Below are positions 18,697 to 27,349 of a DNA stretch of 46,237 nucleotides, piece by piece. The DNA comes from an uncultured archaeon. Its GTDB lineage: Archaea; Asgardarchaeota; Lokiarchaeia; Sigyniarchaeales; SOKP01. Every line of letters begins with the position of its first letter. The first letter of the stretch is position 1. Position numbers and translations under genes: made by a program. The stretch spans positions 1-46,237 of the forward strand of contig CAZDTP010000022.1 of NCBI GenBank assembly GCA_964508365.1, given 5' to 3'. The notes beneath the pieces were generated by a model. The model made no database searches, was not told where the DNA came from, and saw only the letters and a list, made by a program, of their open reading frames with translations.

Positions 18697-20364
18697 ATGG
18701 CAGTAGTATATATGCGTAAACTAGAGCAAGAACCTGATAGTTATGATTCTAAATTCACAGCACTTACAAAGGGAGTAAATTTAGAAGTTAGAGAATGGAT
18801 ACTTGATAAGGTTGGTACGTCTAAATCCATCCTAGAAGTTGGATGCGGAACTGGTAGTCTCGCCTCTCAAATGGCGTTAAACGGAAATAATGTTACCGCA
18901 ATTGATATAAATTTTCAAATGATCAACTACGCCATGCAGAACTATCCTTCTGATTTAAAAGAAGGTTCGCTTTTATATCAAAAGGGATCTTTTTCCTACA
19001 TGCCAGTAGAGGTTAATTCCCAAGATTTGGTAGTTAGTACCTTTATGTTATCTGAACTTCGGCCTTTTGAACAACAAATCTTTCTTAGAAATGCCTGGAG
19101 AGTTTTAAAACCACATGGTAGCTTATTAATCGCAGCAGAATTTGTTCCAAATGGTTTTTGGAAACTGATATTTAAAATAAAAAGATGGAGATATAAAAAA
19201 AAACTGAGGCGTCTTAAATTGCGGAGTACTTTTCTATTAAAATGGTTCTTCAACTATATTGAACCAATTGGATTCAAAATCAATGCAAAAGAAGCCTGGA
19301 AACATGGAACAATTCAAGCTCTCGAACTGATAAAGGATGGCGATAAAGGAATCAATGAGCCAGGATATTATCAACCTAACCCAAAACGATTCAAAGGGAT
19401 AATATCACAGCTAAGAATATATCGCTGCATTTACACAGGTCAAATTGATCTCGTTCCAATAGATCCTGGTATTTACAAATCTGGTAATCCTACTGAATCC
19501 TCTCCTATAATAGTGACAGCTAACTATGAATTCACTTACATTAAAGTAATGAGAGATTTAAAGGGTATTGATGCATGGGTATTATGTGTTGATTCTAACG
19601 GGATTAATGTGTGGTGTGCTGCGAGAGGAAATGATTTTGGAAATAATCAACTAATCGAGGCTGTTGAAGCTACTGGTATTGAAAGGTTAACAGACAAAAA
19701 AACATTAATTCTCCCACAATTATCTGCAGGAGGAGTTGCTACTCCAGAATTGCAGAAAAAATCTAAAAATTTTCCCTTTAGGGTTGTTTATGGGCCTGTT
19801 TGGTCTAAAGATTTACTCGAGTTTCTTGAAAAACGCCCCGCTCGAAAACCCGATAGAATGAAACTTGCTAAATTCACCCTAAAACATCGATTTCGTGGTT
19901 TTATCACGCACACAACATTTCTATTAAGAAAGATTTTCATGCTACCTCTTATAAGTTTATTCGTTGTATTCCTTATACTTAATGCTCTCAATATATCCGC
20001 TAAATTGTGGTGGGTTGGTGAATTATTACTTTGGATAATTACATCAAATTTCATTATAATTTTTGCATTTCCGATAGCAAATTTCACTCGTCGGTTTATT
20101 ATTAAGGGAATCTTCTTTGGAACTTTGAATGTTTTTATTTTGGGAATAATCTCCTATTTATTTCATAATTCGATAATTTTTACACTTTGGAACTTAAGTT
20201 TTTTCTTTTGGGTTTCATTTTTTTCAACAATGTCTTTAAGTGGATATACGATGGCCACTAGTCCTAGCGAAATACAAGAGGAGTACCCCCTTTTTAGTAT
20301 TTTAAATAAAGTTTTATTAACAATAAGTATAATTTCATTATTAATTGGAATCATTTTTCTCTAA
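18697..20364 (+). CDS. Fusion of a class I SAM-dependent methyltransferase (CpaM-like) and an HgcA-like corrinoid-binding domain with C-terminal TM helices
   Basis: ATG 18697 follows a GAGGT RBS. MTase motifs LEVGCGTG, AIDIN and LKPHG. Then PGIYKSGNP..SPIIVTANY..WVLCVDSNGINVWCAARG (cap helix, 19606-19629) and ILPQLSAGGV, with 4-5 TM helices at the end. Confidence 0.85.
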   Translation: MAVVYMRKLEQEPDSYDSKFTALTKGVNLEVREWILDKVGTSKSILEVGCGTGSLASQMALNGNNVTAIDINFQMINYAMQNYPSDLKEGSLLYQKGSFSYMPVEVNSQDLVVSTFMLSELRPFEQQIFLRNAWRVLKPHGSLLIAAEFVPNGFWKLIFKIKRWRYKKKLRRLKLRSTFLLKWFFNYIEPIGFKINAKEAWKHGTIQALELIKDGDKGINEPGYYQPNPKRFKGIISQLRIYRCIYTGQIDLVPIDPGIYKSGNPTESSPIIVTANYEFTYIKVMRDLKGIDAWVLCVDSNGINVWCAARGNDFGNNQLIEAVEATGIERLTDKKTLILPQLSAGGVATPELQKKSKNFPFRVVYGPVWSKDLLEFLEKRPARKPDRMKLAKFTLKHRFRGFITHTTFLLRKIFMLPLISLFVVFLILNALNISAKLWWVGELLLWIITSNFIIIFAFPIANFTRRFIIKGIFFGTLNVFILGIISYLFHNSIIFTLWNLSFFFWVSFFSTMSLSGYTMATSPSEIQEEYPLFSILNKVLLTISIISLLIGIIFL

Positions 20365-20419
20365 AAATAAAAATAATGCAAAAAAATAAAAAGAAATTGA
20401 TATTTAGGAGGTATGTAAA

Positions 20420-20782
20420 ATGACTGAAGCAAAATTTAAAGCGAGTTTAGATAAGTTATCTATAAAGGATTTTAAAATCTTTATAAAGGAAGATATTTGC
20501 AACGGATGCGGTTTATGTGCAGAATTGTGTCCCTTTGGGCTTCCACAACAAATGGATTCTGGGAAATACGAAATTAATAATCCTAAGCTATGTACTGAAT
20601 GCAGTGCTTGTAAGAGGAATTGTCCCGTAAATGCCATCATTATGATGGAAAAGAAGGGGTGCGGTTGTTTATGGAATGCAAGAGCAAAAGCAAAAAATTC
20701 CAATTCAGGAAATAAAGACATTAATAGTTGCGCCTGTGATCCAGAAAATGAAAGTGAAACAAAATCAAATTGTTGTGGTTAA
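20420..20782 (+). CDS. HgcB-like 2x[4Fe-4S] ferredoxin with a Cys-rich C-terminal tail
   Basis: CNGCGLCAELCP and CTECSACKRNCP, followed by GCGC, CAC and a terminal CCG. Directly after the hgcA-like gene, with a GGAGGT RBS. Confidence 0.85.
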   Translation: MTEAKFKASLDKLSIKDFKIFIKEDICNGCGLCAELCPFGLPQQMDSGKYEINNPKLCTECSACKRNCPVNAIIMMEKKGCGCLWNARAKAKNSNSGNKDINSCACDPENESETKSNCCG

Positions 20783-20834
20783 AATGGTATCAAAAATTAC
20801 TCTAATTTAGAATTAAAGAACATTAATTTAAAAG

Positions 20835-21272
20835 GTGATAAAAATGGAAAAAGAAGGATTAAAAATATCGGTTAGTGAAAATAAAAATTGTCAAATAAAA
20901 TTAGAAAATTCATGCTGTGGTTCATCAAATTCTTGTTGTGAGGACTTAACTTCAAAAGAATCGTCTAGCACTCACGAAATTAATTTGAAAGAGACAGTAA
21001 ATATCGATTCGAATAAATTATCAGTAGATGTATATGTTCCTCTGAATGCTTGCGAATGCGTTTGGTCTCAATTTATGAACCTTGTATTTTCGGCACTTAG
21101 CCCTTACATGAAACACATAAGGTTTGAAACAAAAGACTTAGATTCTGAGGAAGCTCGCAAGCTTAACTTAACGGGAAATTGCGTTGTTATTGACGGTACA
21201 AAGAAATATATAACTTCATTCGCATTAAAGAAAGATTTACCTATACTTCTAAAAGAAAAAGGATTATTATAA
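20835..21272 (+). CDS. Cys-rich protein with a thioredoxin-like C-terminal domain (possible metallochaperone)
   Basis: N-terminal SCCG..SCCE, then VDVYVPLNACEC..IRFETKDL..VVIDG, a thioredoxin/ArsD-like topology. Same strand as the preceding genes; GGTGA RBS. Confidence 0.6.
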   Translation: MIKMEKEGLKISVSENKNCQIKLENSCCGSSNSCCEDLTSKESSSTHEINLKETVNIDSNKLSVDVYVPLNACECVWSQFMNLVFSALSPYMKHIRFETKDLDSEEARKLNLTGNCVVIDGTKKYITSFALKKDLPILLKEKGLL

Positions 21273-21315
21273 ACTTAAGTTGTTTTATTCTTTTTTCTAT
21301 AAAAGGTGATACTAT

Positions 21316-21654
21316 ATTAAAAAAATTAAATTAACAATTTTTGGACCTGAAAAAGAGCTATCAAACGGAATTGAGTATGAAGTTTCTATAGAAGAGGAAG
21401 GAACGATAATTGAAGCATTGGCGACTCTAGATAGACAACTTCTTAACAATCCTAAGCTTTCACCGTTTCCTTTATATAAAGGTCTGATTAAAAGCTATCT
21501 CCAATTAATCTGGGATCCACAAAAGAATGCGATTTATGAAGACTGTGCAAGCAATGCCTATGGACCAAATAAAGCGTTTATGCCTCTTCTGGACGATGTA
21601 AGCTTCAATCTGTATCCGAACAGCGACATAACTCTTATAGTCCACGCTGATTGA
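21316..21654 (+). CDS. Beta-grasp (MoaD/ThiS-like) protein lacking the C-terminal GG; non-canonical ATT start
   Basis: The frame is open from 21310. GGTGAT at 21305-21310 precedes ATT at 21316. KIKLTIFGPEKEL..YEVSIEEEGTIIEAL..LQLIWD..FNLYPNSDITL follows the MoaD pattern. Ends HAD-TGA-TGA. Confidence 0.6.
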   Translation: MKKIKLTIFGPEKELSNGIEYEVSIEEEGTIIEALATLDRQLLNNPKLSPFPLYKGLIKSYLQLIWDPQKNAIYEDCASNAYGPNKAFMPLLDDVSFNLYPNSDITLIVHAD

Positions 21655-21666
21655 TGAGCTGATAAC

Positions 21667-21774
21667 ATGAGAGAACGCTTAGATTTTGGAACATTCAAGA
21701 GAGTAATCATGAAAAAATATGGAAAAGAACACGATACTTTTGCTCATTATTTTATAACAAAAATAAAAGATTAA
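21667..21774 (+). CDS. Possible 35 aa peptide (MRERLDFGTFKRVIMKKYGKEHDTFAHYFITKIKD)
   Basis: In frame with the preceding ORF after TGA-TGA; RBS-like GAGCTGAT upstream. Confidence 0.3.
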   Translation: MRERLDFGTFKRVIMKKYGKEHDTFAHYFITKIKD

Positions 21775-21840
21775 AAGCAAGGATGATATCTTTCAATAAA
21801 TTTTAGTGGAAGATTGACCACGGGATTGCTTCCCTCATGC

Positions 21841-22131
21841 TTTATATTACTACTACCTTTTTTTCAAACCTAAAGGTCTTTATTTGAGTTATTATTCCAT
21901 CTACATTAAATGATTCGTTTCATTGATTACCCAAGCATACAAATTAATGGCATCAAAACTCCCAACCGCAGAATAAAGAGGTTCATGATCATATCTTGCA
22001 ACATAAGCGTTCCAGAATGGAACGGATACGGCTATTTTTGAAATATTATGCAGAAATAATAGAATTGTCTCGTAACTGCAATTTCCACTTGAATCTGCCC
22101 AAAATGTATCAAGTTAAGATTGGACATCAAT
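21841..22131 (-). pseudogene. Decayed fragment of a paralog of the adjacent ABC substrate-binding protein
   Basis: Reads IDVQS*LDTFWADSSGNCSYETIL..VSVPFWNAYVARYDHEPLYSAVGSFDAI..W.IN; the intact gene reads IDVQSQLDTFWTDSLGACEFETVL..VSIPFWNAFIARFSHEPLYTAVGSYDAI..WAIN. TAA at 22114-22116, then a frameshift (SFNVDGII..KVVV). Confidence 0.85.
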
Positions 22132-22281
22132 TTCTATAACAATAAAACTAGGTTCAACACCAACGTATGAATAATATTAAAGACTAATGATGATTTTAAT
22201 TGTATTTTAGAGTAATAAAGAAATAAACACAAAACAAGGAATTAAAAAAAAAAAAACATAATTAATTTTTTTGATATCTCT

Positions 22282-23661
22282 TTATGGATTCCAGGTCCAT
22301 GTTGGATGAGCTACTACTGGTGTTTGATAGGATCCCGTAGCTAAAGTGTTTGGATAGGGATTACCATGAGCGGGTACTACAACTTTCGTACCACCTGCTT
22401 GCCATTGCACGAATAGCGTATAACCATAGGGATATCCTTCTTGAATGTCATGACTAGGCGTAAAAGCACCCATTCCTCCAGCGCCAGGGAGGTAATTTGC
22501 TCTAGTCAAAGTCTCAAGCTGGGCCACTATAGTATCAGCATTGAAGGATTGAGATTTATTGATTGCCCACGAATACATTTTAATTGCATCATAACTACCT
22601 ACTGCCGTATAGAGGGGTTCGTGGCTAAATCTAGCAATAAAAGCATTCCAGAACGGAATGGAAACCGGTGTCTTTGCTGTCGCGTGCAAGGATTGTAACA
22701 CAGTCTCAAACTCACAAGCTCCAAGAGAATCAGTCCAGAAGGTGTCGAGTTGAGATTGGACATCGATACCAATCACGACAAATCCGTATCCTGGTAAGCC
22801 TGCTTTATAAGATTTCATCATCAAAATACCACCCTGGGCAGAGATGACAGGAATTAAGATCTGGGTACCGTTTGTTTGAAGTTGAGCCACGTACCCATCC
22901 ATATCAGTTTGAGTAGCGGTAATGGGGTAGGCGACGGAAGCGACTATCTGACCTCCATATAAAGGAAGAACACCTTTTAGCGCACCTACTAGCGGGGTGG
23001 TCCAATCTAAATCTTCATACAAAATACCGACCTTATAATGGCCTAATACATACATATAGGTTGCAAGAAATCCGATAATTTCAGCTCCTAAAGAACTCGA
23101 GTTGATTGGGTTGTTTCTAAAGAAATACTTGTATTTCGCATAATTATCCAAAACATTTTGACAGAAGGAATCAGTTGCTGCTCCGGTATTGATGAATGGA
23201 ATCTTTGCGGCCATGACTGTCTCGATATAAACTGCCAATGATTCTGTTCTAAACCCTCCAGTAAGGAATTGAGCTTGCTTATAATTAATAATTCGTTCAG
23301 CAGCGGCAACTCCTTTGGTGGTATCCAGGTTTGGATTGGATTCATCCGTGTCTTCTGAAGTAACTCCAATATAATAGGTTTTACCTCCAACATTGATCCC
23401 TCCAGCACTGTTTATCTCATACGCAGCTTGAATTGCCCCTTCTACTTGTCCTGCACCTTGAATCTCATAAATGCCACCAAGAACACCAATTCTTATTATC
23501 TGATCTTCCGTTATGTTTGCAGGTGCACCAGGACAGTCTTTAGCTCCCCAAGAATAGGGCGCTACGAATATCCAGACGGTTACACCAATACCCACACCAA
23601 TAACAGCAATCAATACAATAGCTAGGATTCTTTTTGTTAATTGTTCCATTTTTTTTGTCAC
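22282..23661 (-). CDS. livK: Branched-chain amino acid-type (Liv family) ABC substrate-binding protein, membrane-anchored
   Basis: N-terminal TM anchor, IRIGVLG, AAYEINSAGGINVGG, AAERII, GGFRTE, YFFR, YDAI. Divergent from the permeases. Confidence 0.85.
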   Translation of the reverse strand: MTKKMEQLTKRILAIVLIAVIGVGIGVTVWIFVAPYSWGAKDCPGAPANITEDQIIRIGVLGGIYEIQGAGQVEGAIQAAYEINSAGGINVGGKTYYIGVTSEDTDESNPNLDTTKGVAAAERIINYKQAQFLTGGFRTESLAVYIETVMAAKIPFINTGAATDSFCQNVLDNYAKYKYFFRNNPINSSSLGAEIIGFLATYMYVLGHYKVGILYEDLDWTTPLVGALKGVLPLYGGQIVASVAYPITATQTDMDGYVAQLQTNGTQILIPVISAQGGILMMKSYKAGLPGYGFVVIGIDVQSQLDTFWTDSLGACEFETVLQSLHATAKTPVSIPFWNAFIARFSHEPLYTAVGSYDAIKMYSWAINKSQSFNADTIVAQLETLTRANYLPGAGGMGAFTPSHDIQEGYPYGYTLFVQWQAGGTKVVVPAHGNPYPNTLATGSYQTPVVAHPTWTWNP

Positions 23662-23897
23662 TTTTTTTTAAATAAAGATTTACAAGTACTATTTCAGATA
23701 AACATCTATTTAAAGATTTATACTTTTATAGGTAATGTTAAGTTATGATTAACTGGTATACTTTTTATACAGTCAAAGCTCCATAAAATAAAAAATAAGT
23801 TTTTTATATTATGAAATCAAAGTAAATATCAACATAAAAAAAATGGAAGTTTCTATGAATTAAATCCATTATGTTGTATTTTAATAGGTGAAATAAT

Positions 23898-24767
23898 TTG
23901 TCTGATGCTCTTCTTAATTTTTTAATATTTGGAACCATTCAGGGTTCCATTTATGCTTTATTGGCGATGGGATTTTCATTAGTATATGGCGTAGGGGGTA
24001 TTTTAAATCAAGCTCATGGCGCATTTTATGTTATAGCAACCTATATCTTCTATTGGTGTTTTGTTAATATTCCCCAGTATGGATATTATGCTGGGATGAT
24101 TATCGGGATAATTGCTACAACCATAATTGGAGGATTGATTTATATATTGCTAATTAAACCATTAAAAGAAAGCCACGTGGGAGTCGTTATTGTTACCTTT
24201 GCTTTCGCTTTCTTTGTCGAACGATTAGTAAGTATTGTTGTCGATTCAATTTATCACAATATGCCGTATATAATCCCTGGATCCTTTAATTTTCTCGGTG
24301 TGAATATTCAATATCAATATATCATAATTCTCATTGTATCACTATCTTTATTAGCGCTCATCACGCTTTTTATCAATAAATTTAAGTTAGGTAAATCCAT
24401 CCGAGCAGTAGCTCAAGATTCTGAAGCAGCTTCGTTAATGGGTATAAATGTAGATAGAATTCTTGCATATACCTTAATGATATCTGCATTTCTTGCGGCA
24501 GTTGCAGCCGTGTTATATGTGCCAGTTGAGACAGTTGCCCCACATATCGGATGGAACATTCTACTTAATTCATTTGCAATTGTAGTTCTTGGTGGCTTAG
24601 GAAGTTTACCTGGTAGTGTAGTAGGCGCATTTGTTTTGGCTTATGCCAGAGCTTTTACGAATTACTTTATCGATCCCGTTTTAAGTGCCTTAATCCCAAT
24701 AATCGTAATAGTATTGATGTTAGTTTTAAGACCAAGGGGTCTTTTTGGCAAAAAAGAAATTAATTAA
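23898..24767 (+). CDS. livH: Liv-type ABC permease
   Basis: GSIYALLAMGFSLVYG..NQAHG, GKSIRAVAQD..AASLMGIN, VVLGGLGSLPG, RPRGLFG. Confidence 0.92.
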   Translation: MSDALLNFLIFGTIQGSIYALLAMGFSLVYGVGGILNQAHGAFYVIATYIFYWCFVNIPQYGYYAGMIIGIIATTIIGGLIYILLIKPLKESHVGVVIVTFAFAFFVERLVSIVVDSIYHNMPYIIPGSFNFLGVNIQYQYIIILIVSLSLLALITLFINKFKLGKSIRAVAQDSEAASLMGINVDRILAYTLMISAFLAAVAAVLYVPVETVAPHIGWNILLNSFAIVVLGGLGSLPGSVVGAFVLAYARAFTNYFIDPVLSALIPIIVIVLMLVLRPRGLFGKKEIN

Positions 24768-24794
24768 TGTTAATATTAACAAGAGGTTAAAATT

Positions 24795-25853
24795 GTGAAA
24801 GAAACTAAGCACGATAAAATCTCTAACTTTCCAAGTTATCTTAGAGATTGGATTAAGACATTTAGAGGAAAAGCAACCATTATTTGTCTTATTGGATTAG
24901 GCATCATTCCATTCATTACTAACAACTCGTATATTATCGGTATTTTCAACACATTTATGATTTATACGATTTTTGCCGCTTCGTGGGACTTTTTAGCAGG
25001 TTATGTGGGGCAAGTTAGTTTTGGACACGCTATTTTTTTAGGGATTGCCGGATACACAACTGCTTTTTCTACCCGATATTTGGGATCGCCATGGTGGATC
25101 GCTTTATTGCTAGGTGCTTGTTTTGCGGTAGGATTTAGCCTGATCGTGGGTGTTCCTGCCTTAAGACTAAAGGGACCTTATTTGGCCTTGGGAACCCTCG
25201 CAATGAGCTTGATCTTGTATCAATTATTCTTAATGGGTTCCTTAGGAATTCTTTGGGAAAACGCTTTTCCCGGAACTGAATTATTTGGAACGGATGGAAT
25301 AGGACAAGTTCCTCCAATCTCAGATATTCCAATCGTTCAATATGTCGCTATTTTTTTAATAATGTGCGCTTCGATGTTAATTTTTACTCATCTCGTTAAA
25401 TCAAAGACCGGGACCATATTCAAGGCGATAAGAGATGATGAAACAGGCACTAGCGCTTCAGGAATTAATACGACAAAATATAAAATTTTAGCATTCTTGA
25501 TTAGTGGCTTTTTTGCGGGTATTGCTGGAGGTTTATATGCGTTAAGATTTAGCGGTGTAAATCCAGGAGTTTTTCAACCATTATATTCGTTTTATGCGAT
25601 TATCATGGCAGCCGTTGGAGGGATTGCTTCAATTTCTGGAGCTGCTCTAGGAGCATTTATTTTTGTATTCCTCGGTGAAATTCTCCGATTGCTTGGAGAT
25701 ATCCCCCAACTTGCGGTATTTGGGGGTTTTGTGGAACCTATATTTATATTTTCTATATTATTAATTCTGATAATTCGATTTGCAGAACAAGGAGTATTAA
25801 AACCAATGTTAGAGAGATTGCAAAATATGTGGGATCTCTTATTGGGAAGGTAA
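24795..25853 (+). CDS. livM: Liv-type ABC permease
   Basis: GYVGQVSFGHA, LRLKGPYLALGT, TGTIFKAIRDDE, GINTTKYKI, AGIAGGLYA. Confidence 0.92.
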   Translation: MKETKHDKISNFPSYLRDWIKTFRGKATIICLIGLGIIPFITNNSYIIGIFNTFMIYTIFAASWDFLAGYVGQVSFGHAIFLGIAGYTTAFSTRYLGSPWWIALLLGACFAVGFSLIVGVPALRLKGPYLALGTLAMSLILYQLFLMGSLGILWENAFPGTELFGTDGIGQVPPISDIPIVQYVAIFLIMCASMLIFTHLVKSKTGTIFKAIRDDETGTSASGINTTKYKILAFLISGFFAGIAGGLYALRFSGVNPGVFQPLYSFYAIIMAAVGGIASISGAALGAFIFVFLGEILRLLGDIPQLAVFGGFVEPIFIFSILLILIIRFAEQGVLKPMLERLQNMWDLLLGR

Positions 25854-25897
25854 TTTAAATTTATAATAAAAAATAATAAAAATTTTGATGTATTAAT

Positions 25898-26641
25898 ATG
25901 GGAGTACTTTTAGAAGTAAAGAACCTAACTAAAAAGTATAGTGGATTAACAGCAGTCAACGACTTTAGTTTTGAAGTTAAACGTGGGGAATTTACTGGCC
26001 TAATTGGTCCAAATGGAGCTGGAAAAACCACTTTATTTAATCTTATATCAGGATTTGAAAAGCCTAGTTCTGGAACAATTCGGTTCGATGGGCGTGATAT
26101 TACTGGGATGAAACCTCATAAAATTGTAAATTTAGGTATTGCGAGAACTTTTCAACTAGTTCGATCTTTTAAATTTATGTCACTATTAGACAATATTTCT
26201 GTATCGTGTCTTTCACCTCGCGGTAAAAGACTCGCAAAGGAATACGGAATAGATGAATCTGCGAGCTCAATTTTAGCAGCTGTTGGTCTTATTGATAAAG
26301 CAAGAATACCCCCAATAATCCTACCTCATGGTGATTTAAGAAAATTGCAAATTGGAAAAGCTTTAGGTACTAATCCCCAGCTACTCCTATTAGACGAACC
26401 ATTTAGTGGACTTTCTCACGAAGAACAGAAAGGCATTACAGAATTGATAATAAAATTGCACGCTGATGGAGTAACAGTTTTTATGACAGGTCATGTATTA
26501 CGTGAACTAATGCACCTAGTCCCGAGAGCAATCGCTATGCATCAAGGTAAATATATAACAGAAGGACCTCCAGAAGAGGTAGCAAAAAATAAAATAGTAT
26601 TGGAAGCATATCTAGGAAAAGGAAGTGAAAAACTTGCTTGA
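25898..26641 (+). CDS. livG: Liv-type ABC ATP-binding subunit
   Basis: GPNGAGKTT, GIARTFQ, LLLLDEP, V.EAYLG. Confidence 0.92.
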   Translation: MGVLLEVKNLTKKYSGLTAVNDFSFEVKRGEFTGLIGPNGAGKTTLFNLISGFEKPSSGTIRFDGRDITGMKPHKIVNLGIARTFQLVRSFKFMSLLDNISVSCLSPRGKRLAKEYGIDESASSILAAVGLIDKARIPPIILPHGDLRKLQIGKALGTNPQLLLLDEPFSGLSHEEQKGITELIIKLHADGVTVFMTGHVLRELMHLVPRAIAMHQGKYITEGPPEEVAKNKIVLEAYLGKGSEKLA

Positions 26642-27338
26642 AATGAGAAAAATATATCATTATTATGGAAAAGCTAGAGCCCTTGAAGAAATAAACTTAA
26701 CAATAGAGGAAGGAGCTCTTGATGCTGTAATTGGGCCTAACGGAGCAGGGAAATCAACGCTCCTTAGAGTTATTGCTGGGTTGGAAGAACCAGATAGAGG
26801 TAAAATCGAATTTCTAGGGGAGCGAATAGATGAACTAAAGCCTCATAAAATAGCAAAGAAAGGAATTGCTCTTTGTCCTGAGCGTAGAAGGTTATTCTAC
26901 GATATGACTGTAATGGAAAATATCGAAATGGGAGCGTATTCGTTAAAAGATAAGAAAAAATTTGACGAGCTCTTAGAATTTATTTTTAAACTTTTCCCTC
27001 GCCTAAAGGAAAGAAAAAAACAAAGAGCAGGTACATTGAGCGGTGGAGAACAACAAATGTTAGCAATCGCTAGAGCGATTGTAGCAAATCCAAAATTGCT
27101 TCTTTTGGATGAACCTTCTTTAGGATTAGCTCCTAAAATCAAGGATCAAATATTCGTTGCGATCAATGAAATTAAAAGAGAGGGGACAACAACTTTGTTA
27201 GTTGAACAAGATGCTGTGTTAGCTATGGATGTTGCTGAAACTATTTATTTATTAGAGGAAGGAAAAATAGAAATGAGAGGAACAAAGGAAGAACTTGAGA
27301 AAGAACCTCGAATTAAAAAAGTTTATTTAGGAATTTAA
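26625..27338 (+). CDS. livF: Liv-type ABC ATP-binding subunit
   Basis: GPNGAGKST, CPERRRLF, LSGGEQQMLAIAR, LLLLDEPSLGLAP, LVEQ. Overlaps livG. Confidence 0.93.
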   Translation: MKNLLEMRKIYHYYGKARALEEINLTIEEGALDAVIGPNGAGKSTLLRVIAGLEEPDRGKIEFLGERIDELKPHKIAKKGIALCPERRRLFYDMTVMENIEMGAYSLKDKKKFDELLEFIFKLFPRLKERKKQRAGTLSGGEQQMLAIARAIVANPKLLLLDEPSLGLAPKIKDQIFVAINEIKREGTTTLLVEQDAVLAMDVAETIYLLEEGKIEMRGTKEELEKEPRIKKVYLGI

Positions 27339-27349
27339 GGTGATTAAAA

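Noticed and set aside
18697-20782. Calling this a bona fide hgcAB mercury methylase
   Set aside because: The cap helix is NVWCAARG rather than NVWCAAGK, HgcB has CTECSAC rather than C(M/I)ECGAC, and there is an extra MTase domain. Kept as 'HgcAB-like' with unknown substrate.
21655-21900. SECIS element downstream of TGA-TGA
   Set aside because: ATGA...GA candidates exist, but I could not form a supporting stem by eye, so it is not called as a feature.
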